Shown here piece by piece: positions 49,658-56,996 of a stretch of 61,969 bases of DNA. This stretch comes from a virus (lineage: Duplodnaviria > Caudoviricetes), in the IMG/VR virus record IMGVR_UViG_3300015242_000003, positions 1 through 61,969 of that record, one strand, 5' to 3'. Position 1 is the first letter of the stretch. Each line of letters opens with the position of its first letter. Both the position numbers and the translations under genes were made by a program. The notes below the pieces were generated by a model. It worked only from the letters and a program-made list of their open reading frames with translations. It did no database searches and was not told the origin of the DNA.

Positions 49658-49997
49658 CGAAAAGCCTTATGGCAAGCGCGAGCGCCTGCTCCGACGTGCG
49701 GCAGCGGCCCGACGAGACGCGCTCTCCCGCCTGCAGAGTGCCCGGACGAGGGCAGAGTCCGTCCTACGGCAGCACGCGGCACAGCGCCCCGCCAGGAGCA
49801 CGGGACGGCACCGCAAGCCGACCCTTCGCGAGCGTTTCGCGGGCAAGCTGTTCGACTTCGCGGTTCGCGCGGTGTGCTGGAAGATCGAGCGCGACACGAC
49901 GCGGGTAATGCTGGCCCGCCTACAGCCGATGGGCCTCGACAAGTGGCTCAAGATCATGAAGACAGGACCGACGATGAATTGGAGTGCGACAGCGTGA
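49647..49997 (+). CDS. basic hypothetical protein
   Basis: GGAG RBS; overlaps the dnaE stop. Confidence 0.5.
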   Translation: MMNSEKPYGKRERLLRRAAAARRDALSRLQSARTRAESVLRQHAAQRPARSTGRHRKPTLRERFAGKLFDFAVRAVCWKIERDTTRVMLARLQPMGLDKWLKIMKTGPTMNWSATA

Positions 49998-50263
49998 CGA
50001 ATAAGCGCGAGCGTAGCCCGCTCGAGGTGGCTCTTGGGTTCCGGATCGACATGCGCAAGGACAAGGACCCTGAACATCGTGTTGGTAGCCTGATCTGGTC
50101 TAGCGAAGACGGCACCGACAGGGCGACTCGCCCAGCCACAGTCGCGGAAATCCAGATGTGGGAATGGCTCCAGAAGGACAACGCAGCGACTCAAGTCCTC
50201 ATCGACGCCCTCAAGCGCACGGGCTCCCTTAAGAAAGGGAAAGATGAAGTTCAGAGTAAGTGA
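49994..50263 (+). CDS. hypothetical protein
   Basis: GTGA coupling. Confidence 0.5.
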   Translation: MTNKRERSPLEVALGFRIDMRKDKDPEHRVGSLIWSSEDGTDRATRPATVAEIQMWEWLQKDNAATQVLIDALKRTGSLKKGKDEVQSK

Positions 50264-50522
50264 AGTTCGGTTTATCGAAACTAGATATGAGCCGTTTGGA
50301 ACTTGCGAAGAAGAGGATTGCCTTTGGGATACTCGCTTCCAGAGGAAGTCGGCCAAGCTAGCAGCCAAGGACCATGTCGCGTATACCGGACATTATGTAA
50401 AGGTGGTTACGGAGACGATAGCGAACTACTGGGCGCCCGAGCCGAAGGAGGTATCGAACGGCGATGGAGGGGATCGAAGCTCTGACGGACGCACTGGCGC
50501 CGAAGGGGTTGGGCGCGCCTAG
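50244..50522 (+). CDS. small C2H2-like Zn-binding protein
   Basis: C-x4-C-x-W...AAKDH...TGH. Confidence 0.55.
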   Translation: MKFRVSEVRFIETRYEPFGTCEEEDCLWDTRFQRKSAKLAAKDHVAYTGHYVKVVTETIANYWAPEPKEVSNGDGGDRSSDGRTGAEGVGRA

Positions 50523-50682
50523 CCGACGGCACTTCGACGCCCGAGCCTACCAATTATCTATGCAGTGGCCCTCGTTAGCCGCTGCTCTGGCTCTCCTGCT
50601 CGCAGAAAACGGCATCCCAGTACCAGGCCCATTCCGACACGCTAAGACCGTAATCGAACAGGAAAAGAGGAAGTAATCCATA

Positions 50683-51042
50683 ATGGTGCAAATGAATCCA
50701 GCAGTGCAGGGCCAGATTCTAGACGGCATGGTTCGGGAAGTCCGCGAGCTGAACCGCGAGAAGGGTTGGTACGACGAGGACCGTTCGGTCGGAGACATGG
50801 TCGCGCTCCTGCACGCGGAAGTCTCCGAGATGCTCGAGGCGTACCGCGAAAACAAGCTGGAGCCCTGGTTCGCGGGGGAGGGTCTAACCAAGCCCGAGGG
50901 CTTCAAAGTGGAAGCAGCCGATGTTTTCATTAGGCTGCTCGACATGTGCTCGCGATACGACATCGACCTTTGGGCAGAGTTTCGTAAGAAGATGGAGTTC
51001 AACTGGGCTCGACCCTACAAGCACGGGGGCAAGACATTGTGA
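50683..51042 (+). CDS. mazG: MazG-like nucleotide pyrophosphohydrolase
   Basis: LLHAEVSEMLEA...VEAADVFIRLLD...KMEFNWARPYKHG. Confidence 0.88.
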   Translation: MVQMNPAVQGQILDGMVREVRELNREKGWYDEDRSVGDMVALLHAEVSEMLEAYRENKLEPWFAGEGLTKPEGFKVEAADVFIRLLDMCSRYDIDLWAEFRKKMEFNWARPYKHGGKTL

Positions 51043-51335
51043 GCGCATTCGCGAACTACGACCCATTGGGGCATGTCACATTGTTGTTTGAGGAGAACGG
51101 AGTTTCCTGCCATGTGCGCATGGATCCGGAAGCGGCACAGGCCTTTTGGGCAGACCTTGGATCGGCGATCGGCAGCGCGAGATCTCTTTGGGAGGCGAAA
51201 AATGATCGGGAAGCAGCTCGGCAACGGGATGAGGTTCGAGGACGAATTGGAGGAGAACCTGGAAAGACTAATTACGTCCGACTCACCAACCGAGGGATCG
51301 AGCCGGCTACCGGAGCCCCTGGCGAAATGCCATGA
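51039..51335 (+). CDS. hypothetical protein
   Basis: GTGA coupling. Confidence 0.5.
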   Translation: MSAFANYDPLGHVTLLFEENGVSCHVRMDPEAAQAFWADLGSAIGSARSLWEAKNDREAARQRDEVRGRIGGEPGKTNYVRLTNRGIEPATGAPGEMP

Positions 51336-51583
51336 CGACGATGACTGAGCAGGGCAGCCTCTCGCGGTTTGTCCGCCTGCTGAGCGAGCACATGCAGAAC
51401 AGGGTTGTCTCGAATAGCCGGCTCAAGGGTGGTTACGAAGCGACGCTCGAGCTTATCGATCAACCCTGGGAAGATCTTCCCGGAGATATGGAATTGTGGC
51501 GCGACGGATATGAGCAGTGCATGCGCGACATTGTGGATGCAATCGCGGACGAGTGGGGAGTAACACTTCCTGAGGAGGGGTGA
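51332..51583 (+). CDS. hypothetical protein
   Basis: ATGA coupling. Confidence 0.5.
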   Translation: MTTMTEQGSLSRFVRLLSEHMQNRVVSNSRLKGGYEATLELIDQPWEDLPGDMELWRDGYEQCMRDIVDAIADEWGVTLPEEG

Positions 51584-51831
51584 TGGGGCCTGTCCTCGTC
51601 ATAATCGGATCAATCACTTTGATAGCAGTTCTCGGGATTCCCGCCGAAGCAGCCGGGGTAATCGTCGGAATTGGGGTCCTGATCGGAATTTGGTATATCA
51701 GCCTGCTGGTTTGGCCTGATAAGAGATGCCAGAGTTGCAATGGGCAAGGTTCAAAAGGCCCGTTTTCTCTTAGGCGGAGATGCAGCCCGTGCAAGGGTAG
51801 GGGCCGAGTTTCCCGGATAGGAGCAAAATGA
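51580..51831 (+). CDS. membrane protein with DnaJ-type CxxCxGxG repeats
   Basis: Two TM segments plus CQSCNGQG and CSPCKGRG. Confidence 0.65.
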   Translation: MMGPVLVIIGSITLIAVLGIPAEAAGVIVGIGVLIGIWYISLLVWPDKRCQSCNGQGSKGPFSLRRRCSPCKGRGRVSRIGAK

Positions 51832-51832
51832 C

Positions 51833-52219
51833 ATGAATATTTATATCTCAGGTGCGATACACGGCAAGGCGAAGCGGGGTGAAGATCCGTTCCGGCAAGC
51901 CGAGGAGCTGCTTGGTAGCCTCGGGCATGTCGGGATCGTGCCGCACGACATCGAGCCCTGGGCACACGAGGGCGACTGCCCGCCTGCGTACAGCGGGGCC
52001 GAACACTCGGCAGCCTGCTACATGCGCGGGGACCTCCTCAAGATGCTGGGGTGTGATGCGATACTCATGATCGGCGAGTGGCACCATAGCGTGGGTGCCC
52101 AGCGCGAGCACAGCGTGGCCTGCTGGACCGGCATGACGATCTTCTATCGGGCCTCAGAGATCCCAGACGCGCGAGACCTTGCCAAATTTGAGGCATTGCC
52201 GTACACTGGCGGTCTCTAG
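51833..52219 (+). CDS. DUF4406 / nucleoside 2-deoxyribosyltransferase-like protein
   Basis: IYISGAI...CDAILMIGEWHHSVGAQRE. Confidence 0.8.
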   Translation: MNIYISGAIHGKAKRGEDPFRQAEELLGSLGHVGIVPHDIEPWAHEGDCPPAYSGAEHSAACYMRGDLLKMLGCDAILMIGEWHHSVGAQREHSVACWTGMTIFYRASEIPDARDLAKFEALPYTGGL

Positions 52220-52234
52220 CGGAGGGTAGAACCC

Positions 52235-52501
52235 ATGCGCATCACGAACCGGACAGTCCGGCATCACTGCCTCTTTACCGATGTCTGGAAGTGGATCCAT
52301 ATTGAGGAACTCGGCTCGGGCACGGTACTGCGCTGCGACGAGTGCGGACAGCGCTGGGAGTTGATTTCTTACTCGCCAAACTCCTCCTCGCTGCAGCGGA
52401 TAACGGCGAGTCGGGCAGTGTTTCTCTGGTTCTTCGGAGGAGCCAAATATCAGGACAAGCTCGAACGATATTGGGAGTGGAGGAAGCAGCAGGATGGCTA
52501 G
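52235..52501 (+). CDS. hypothetical protein
   Basis: Preceded by the GGGTAGAACCC start motif; CDEC. Confidence 0.55.
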   Translation: MRITNRTVRHHCLFTDVWKWIHIEELGSGTVLRCDECGQRWELISYSPNSSSLQRITASRAVFLWFFGGAKYQDKLERYWEWRKQQDG

Positions 52502-52745
52502 GCCTAGACTGGCGACACAGCTTTTCGAGGTAATTTACCACAACATCACATACCAACCGATCTCATATTGCGCGGACGAGAAGTGCGAATGGAAGTACGA
52601 CGTCGGGTCGGAGTTTTACGACCCGAAGCAGACCCGCGCGAAGGCCAAGCAGCACGTAGAGGAAACTCAGCATAAGGCTTATGTCGACAAAATCAATCGC
52701 TCCACCTACCAGGTCCGTCCGGAGGATGACGATGAGCAGGCCTAG
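52494..52745 (+). CDS. small C2H2-like Zn-binding protein (likely paralogue of 50244..50522)
   Basis: C-x4-C-x-W...KAKQH...TQH. Confidence 0.55.
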   Translation: MARPRLATQLFEVIYHNITYQPISYCADEKCEWKYDVGSEFYDPKQTRAKAKQHVEETQHKAYVDKINRSTYQVRPEDDDEQA

Positions 52746-52944
52746 CCCCAAGTCAGGCGACGTTTTCCGCTGGCGGGGCATCTACGTTTTCGTTCTGAGT
52801 GTTGACGAGGCGGATGCAACATGCATGATGTACCAGTTGAGCACTATGCAGTCTTGGCCTAAAAAGCAGTCGATCCCTTTTCCAGATGGTTTCGAGTGGC
52901 TTATCCCAGAGAGTAAATTGGAGGGGCAATTCAATGTCCGATGA
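52732..52944 (+). CDS. hypothetical protein
   Basis: GGAGG RBS. Confidence 0.45.
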   Translation: MSRPSPKSGDVFRWRGIYVFVLSVDEADATCMMYQLSTMQSWPKKQSIPFPDGFEWLIPESKLEGQFNVR

Positions 52945-53248
52945 CGACGAAGACCGCTACTGCCCGGAGATTATCGACATGCTCGGCACTGGCGATACCA
53001 TCGCCTGCGGTCGGTTCGCAACCGTCCAGGGGGATGACGGTATCTGGCGCTGCTACAAGCACCACGTAGCTCGACAGGTTCTCGAGTACATCCCGGAGCA
53101 GCAGTTTCCCCTGAGCGGTCGGCCTGGCGGCTTCACCCTGTCTGAGTTGCCGGAACTCCCGCAGATCACAACTGGTGAATACCAAATGCGTGTGCAGGGT
53201 GGATTTGTAATCATCAAAGTTCAATTCATCCCGGACGTGAAGTCATGA
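52934..53248 (+). CDS. hypothetical protein
   Basis: RBS present; coupled to thyX. Confidence 0.5.
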   Translation: MSDDDEDRYCPEIIDMLGTGDTIACGRFATVQGDDGIWRCYKHHVARQVLEYIPEQQFPLSGRPGGFTLSELPELPQITTGEYQMRVQGGFVIIKVQFIPDVKS

Positions 53249-54390
53249 GCGATGTTAAGTGCCAGAGAAAAGTTTGGTCTATTAAAAAAGTGTGCGGCCA
53301 TACCGAAAACGAGCACGGCAAAATCACTCCCTTCCCCTGCGACAATTCGTTCTGTGAATGCGAAGGTTTTGACCCGTTGCCGGCTGGCGTTCGTCGTGAA
53401 AACAAGACGATCACCAAGTGGGCTGATTCTGCGATGTTTACGGCTGAGCCGATCGTGGCCGAGGAGGGGCCTCGGGTCTACCTCCTCTCGATGACGCCGG
53501 ATCCGCTTGGGGCTATCGCGGCGGCGGCGAAAATGTACAAGGGCGAAGTCGTGCGCGACCTCTCTTCGGTCACCGACGCCGAGCGGCTCGAGTACTTCGA
53601 GCAGGTCCAGAAAACCAAGCTGCAGGCGCCCTTCGAGTTCGTCAAGTTTCACTTCCTGATCGAAGGGGTCACCCGCGCATTCACGCATCAGATGGTCCGA
53701 CAGCGCACAGCGGTCTACGCGCAGGAGAGCCTGCGGTTCGCTGTGAAAGAAGACATGCCAGTCGGGATGCCACCTTCGTTGGCAGGCAGTCGGGGGCTTT
53801 CGGACATCCAGGTAGACGTAGACCTCGGGAATTTCGATCGCCTATCCGATATTGACAAGCAACGTTTCCGATGGGAGAAGGCAATCGGGCAAGTTCGTGT
53901 CGCCTATGAAGATGTAGTGGGCGCGGGGATGCCAGCGGAAGACGCGCGCGGCCTGTTGCCGCACAATGTCCTCACACGGCTGCACTACAGCACCGACCTG
54001 CGCGCGCTCCTCGACCACGCCGGTAATCGGCTATCGGTTCAAGCGCAGTTCGAGTGGCGATTGGTGTTCTCGCGTATCGCCGAAGCTATTAGGGGCAAGA
54101 CGGTCCTGGACATCGGAGAGCAGGACGCTGGCCCAGGAGATATCTGGGCAAAGGCAACTGCAGCGGACGCGAACGGCTCTTCGCACATCTACATGGCCGA
54201 CAAGATCGCTGACATGTTCAGGCCGGTCTGCTACCAGACTGGAAAGTGCGAATTCAAGGCCAATTTTGACCGGGCATGCAGCATCCGCGAGCGGGTTGAC
54301 GCACATCACGCGAAAGGGGAGCCCTCTTCAGAGTGGGTGGACATTCAGCCGTGGGAATGGCTCGCTGATCCTGGCGCTGCGAGGAGGTGA
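53245..54390 (+). CDS. thyX: ThyX-like flavin-dependent thymidylate synthase with an N-terminal Cys/His module
   Basis: PFEF..FHFLIEGVTRAFTHQMVRQR...QESLR, PAEDARGLLP, AQFEWR. Confidence 0.88.
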   Translation: MSDVKCQRKVWSIKKVCGHTENEHGKITPFPCDNSFCECEGFDPLPAGVRRENKTITKWADSAMFTAEPIVAEEGPRVYLLSMTPDPLGAIAAAAKMYKGEVVRDLSSVTDAERLEYFEQVQKTKLQAPFEFVKFHFLIEGVTRAFTHQMVRQRTAVYAQESLRFAVKEDMPVGMPPSLAGSRGLSDIQVDVDLGNFDRLSDIDKQRFRWEKAIGQVRVAYEDVVGAGMPAEDARGLLPHNVLTRLHYSTDLRALLDHAGNRLSVQAQFEWRLVFSRIAEAIRGKTVLDIGEQDAGPGDIWAKATAADANGSSHIYMADKIADMFRPVCYQTGKCEFKANFDRACSIRERVDAHHAKGEPSSEWVDIQPWEWLADPGAARR

Positions 54391-54391
54391 T

Positions 54392-54659
54392 ATGACGCAC
54401 GGGAAAGGGTTCTGCAAATGCCCGATGCACAATGGACCGCGTGGCAAGATAAAGTCGAGGCATGGTCCTGGCGTGTGCAAATGTCCACGACACGAACAAC
54501 GACCCGGAAAATTGGCAGCCGATGCATCACAACTGCCACGCTCGCAAGTCGGCTATTGAAGACGGAAGAGGGAGTCGAGTAGTGCAAATGAATTCTCACC
54601 CGAACAACAGTCGAGAAGCCCGAGCCGAAAGGGCTCGGCGTCAATGGAGTGCCCGATGA
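54392..54659 (+). pseudogene. split or degenerate HNH-like ORF
   Basis: One frame has two HGxGxCKCPxH repeats; an overlapping frame has HDTNNDPENWQPMHHNCH, resembling an HNH C-terminal half. Confidence 0.45.
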
Positions 54660-55027
54660 TGGAGTCGGAGTCAGGTCCTCCTCGGACGAAGAAGTCCGTC
54701 ACTATCGCCTTCGTGCTCTGGACGTTGTTCTGCATAACGATCGGGTTTGCCAGTGGATTCCTGACAGCTATAGTTATTGGGTTGCTACCATGAGCAAGTT
54801 TTTGTTCTTCCTTCGGGTTTTGGCGCTCGTTTTGCTCGTCGCCACGGTATCGGGCGGCATCGGCTTGGTGCTCCTCCTCTGGGTATTGGACGGCATGGAA
54901 TGAGACATAATACGAAGCCGATCGAGGTCCGTGGGAACCCGATGTACGAGTGCAAGCGCTGCCACGTACGCTGGCTGCCCGAGCAGGATACGGCTCGCAT
55001 GAAGGAACGATGCCCGGGGAGGCAACA

Positions 55028-55357
55028 ATGAGCACACTCAGAACTTGGTGCTGCAACACCCCGATTCACAAGCCGCACGAGAAGAGCTGCAACTTTATGC
55101 CGAAGCCCGACGACGAGGTGTATGGCCCTGCGTTCGTCCGATGGGACGAGAGCGACCTCGACCGTTGCGAGCACGGGCGGCACTCGATCGACTCGTGCAT
55201 CGACTGTCCGAACGAACAGAGTTCCGGAAACCTGTTTTTGCTTGGGCTTTCTCTTGGGAAGATGACGACGCGAATTGAATCTGGAACCGTACGTATCGGG
55301 ACCGCTATCAACGGAGAAGGTATCTGGGTCTCGCCTGTTCGTAAAGGCCGACAATGA
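55028..55357 (+). CDS. Cys/His-rich hypothetical protein
   Basis: GGAGG RBS; CEHGRH..DSCIDC. Confidence 0.55.
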   Translation: MSTLRTWCCNTPIHKPHEKSCNFMPKPDDEVYGPAFVRWDESDLDRCEHGRHSIDSCIDCPNEQSSGNLFLLGLSLGKMTTRIESGTVRIGTAINGEGIWVSPVRKGRQ

Positions 55358-55551
55358 CCGGGGTATATGACAAGGTGCTGCGGGCTGCGAAGGTGCCCGA
55401 TACCGCTCGGCAGATGCTCGAGGCGGTCATGATCATGCATATGCGTTCTCAACGCGACACATGTACGGAATGCACGGTGCGCGGACGCGAATCCGAATAT
55501 CCTTGTCAAACCATGCGGGCAATTACTAAGGCGGCTGGAATCAATGGATGA
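55354..55551 (+). CDS. small Zn-binding protein
   Basis: H...CTEC...YPCQT. Confidence 0.55.
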   Translation: MTGVYDKVLRAAKVPDTARQMLEAVMIMHMRSQRDTCTECTVRGRESEYPCQTMRAITKAAGING

Positions 55552-55744
55552 TGAAATTTTTTATAAGTTTTCCAAAGTTGAAAACAAAATGGAAGATGTT
55601 CTTTCAGATCTCGGCGAACTTGAGCAGGCGTATTCGAATCTGAAAAACCGACTCGAGAACCTGTACTCGATTTACGATGGAAACCTACTTCATCTAGACG
55701 TGGAAGACGTCGCAAAAGATATCCGGGAGGCAATTGATGGATAA
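55544..55744 (+). CDS. coiled-coil hypothetical protein
   Basis: Overlapping, coupled ORF. Confidence 0.5.
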   Translation: MDDEIFYKFSKVENKMEDVLSDLGELEQAYSNLKNRLENLYSIYDGNLLHLDVEDVAKDIREAIDG

Positions 55745-56000
55745 GAAGAACCTTGGGGATATTATTCGAGAGCACCTCCTCGTTAATATCCCCGGGAAGT
55801 ATGACGAGAAGGTCGAAGCTCTCGTCGCAGTGCTCGACATCCACCAACCTTTTGCTCCTCCGCCTGAGTTCTCCTGGGTGAGCGGCGGCAATACCCCGCA
55901 CTGCGAAGGGTGCGATTACGACGACCCGTTCATGGCCACCGAATACCCGTGCCCCACAGTGAAGGCAATCGCAGAGGTAGTGCTCCATGAACGAGATTGA
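55737..56000 (+). CDS. small Zn-binding protein (same motif as 55354..55551)
   Basis: H...CEGC...YPCPT. Confidence 0.55.
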   Translation: MDKKNLGDIIREHLLVNIPGKYDEKVEALVAVLDIHQPFAPPPEFSWVSGGNTPHCEGCDYDDPFMATEYPCPTVKAIAEVVLHERD

Positions 56001-56274
56001 GGGTGAAACCGTAGTGCTCGCGGATTGGCCGGACGGCTCGCGGGTAATCGTTGACCGCTACCGGGCTGATTTGGTAGCTCCATGGGCATATGGGATGTAC
56101 GAGGCGTACTGCGGTAGCTGCCAGGAACAGGTCCACGAGGCAAGCGAGGAGGCAACGGCGCGGATCAAGTTGCTCGAGCACCTGCTCTCCCATGCCTTCG
56201 AGGAGATCCAGGAAATCACGCGCTGGATAAAGAACCAGCCAACTTTGGGCCGGCTTCGGTTTGAGAATGGCTAG
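55987..56274 (+). CDS. hypothetical protein
   Basis: GAGG RBS; CGSC...H..H. Confidence 0.5.
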   Translation: MNEIEGETVVLADWPDGSRVIVDRYRADLVAPWAYGMYEAYCGSCQEQVHEASEEATARIKLLEHLLSHAFEEIQEITRWIKNQPTLGRLRFENG

Positions 56275-56887
56275 GAAGAAGGGCGAAGAGGTAAAGCCTC
56301 TGGATAACCCGACGTTAGTGTCGATCGATCCCGGTGGGACTACGGGTTGGTCAGTGATGTCGGTGCATCCGGAGGCTCTCTGCGTGCCTGGAGTCCAAAT
56401 TCTACCGAACGTACTGCATTGGTCACACGGCCAAATTGTTGGAGACGAAAACGAGCAGACAACCCAGATCCTCGGCATCGTCGACAGTTGGCCGGGGTGC
56501 TATGTCCTTATCGAAGATTTCATTTTGAGAACGACTGTTACTTCGCGCGAAGTTCTCTCGCCCGTGCGGATTACCGCGAAGCTCGAATATGCGCTATGGG
56601 TATCGAGTCGGGCCTCGTCTCGCCAGATGCCGTCCGAAGCAAAATCCGTCGCCACAGATGAGCGATTGAAGAGTTGGGGATTTTACCAAAGAGAAGGCGG
56701 GCTCGAACACGCCCGGGACGCCGATCGACACGGCCTAACCTGGCTCCGCAAATGCAAGGAAAAGCAATGGCTTAGGCAGGCCTGTTGGCCATATATTTAT
56801 GGACCTGGCGGTGAGTTTGGTGCACCCATTCCGGCACCCATTCCGACGCTTATCTCCGGGCCTATTTTGCCGGCCGTAACGAGCTAA
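56267..56887 (+). CDS. ruvC: RuvC-like Holliday junction resolvase
   Basis: SIDPGGTTGW, LIEDF, HARDA. Confidence 0.85.
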   Translation: MARKKGEEVKPLDNPTLVSIDPGGTTGWSVMSVHPEALCVPGVQILPNVLHWSHGQIVGDENEQTTQILGIVDSWPGCYVLIEDFILRTTVTSREVLSPVRITAKLEYALWVSSRASSRQMPSEAKSVATDERLKSWGFYQREGGLEHARDADRHGLTWLRKCKEKQWLRQACWPYIYGPGGEFGAPIPAPIPTLISGPILPAVTS

Positions 56888-56996
56888 GATAGAACCGCGA
56901 GACGCTTAGTCCTTTGTGCACTTAGAGCACGTGCCTAAGCGTCTCGCGGGGGTCCGTACGGAGGGCCGGACATTCGAAGTCTAGCAGGAGGTAAAC

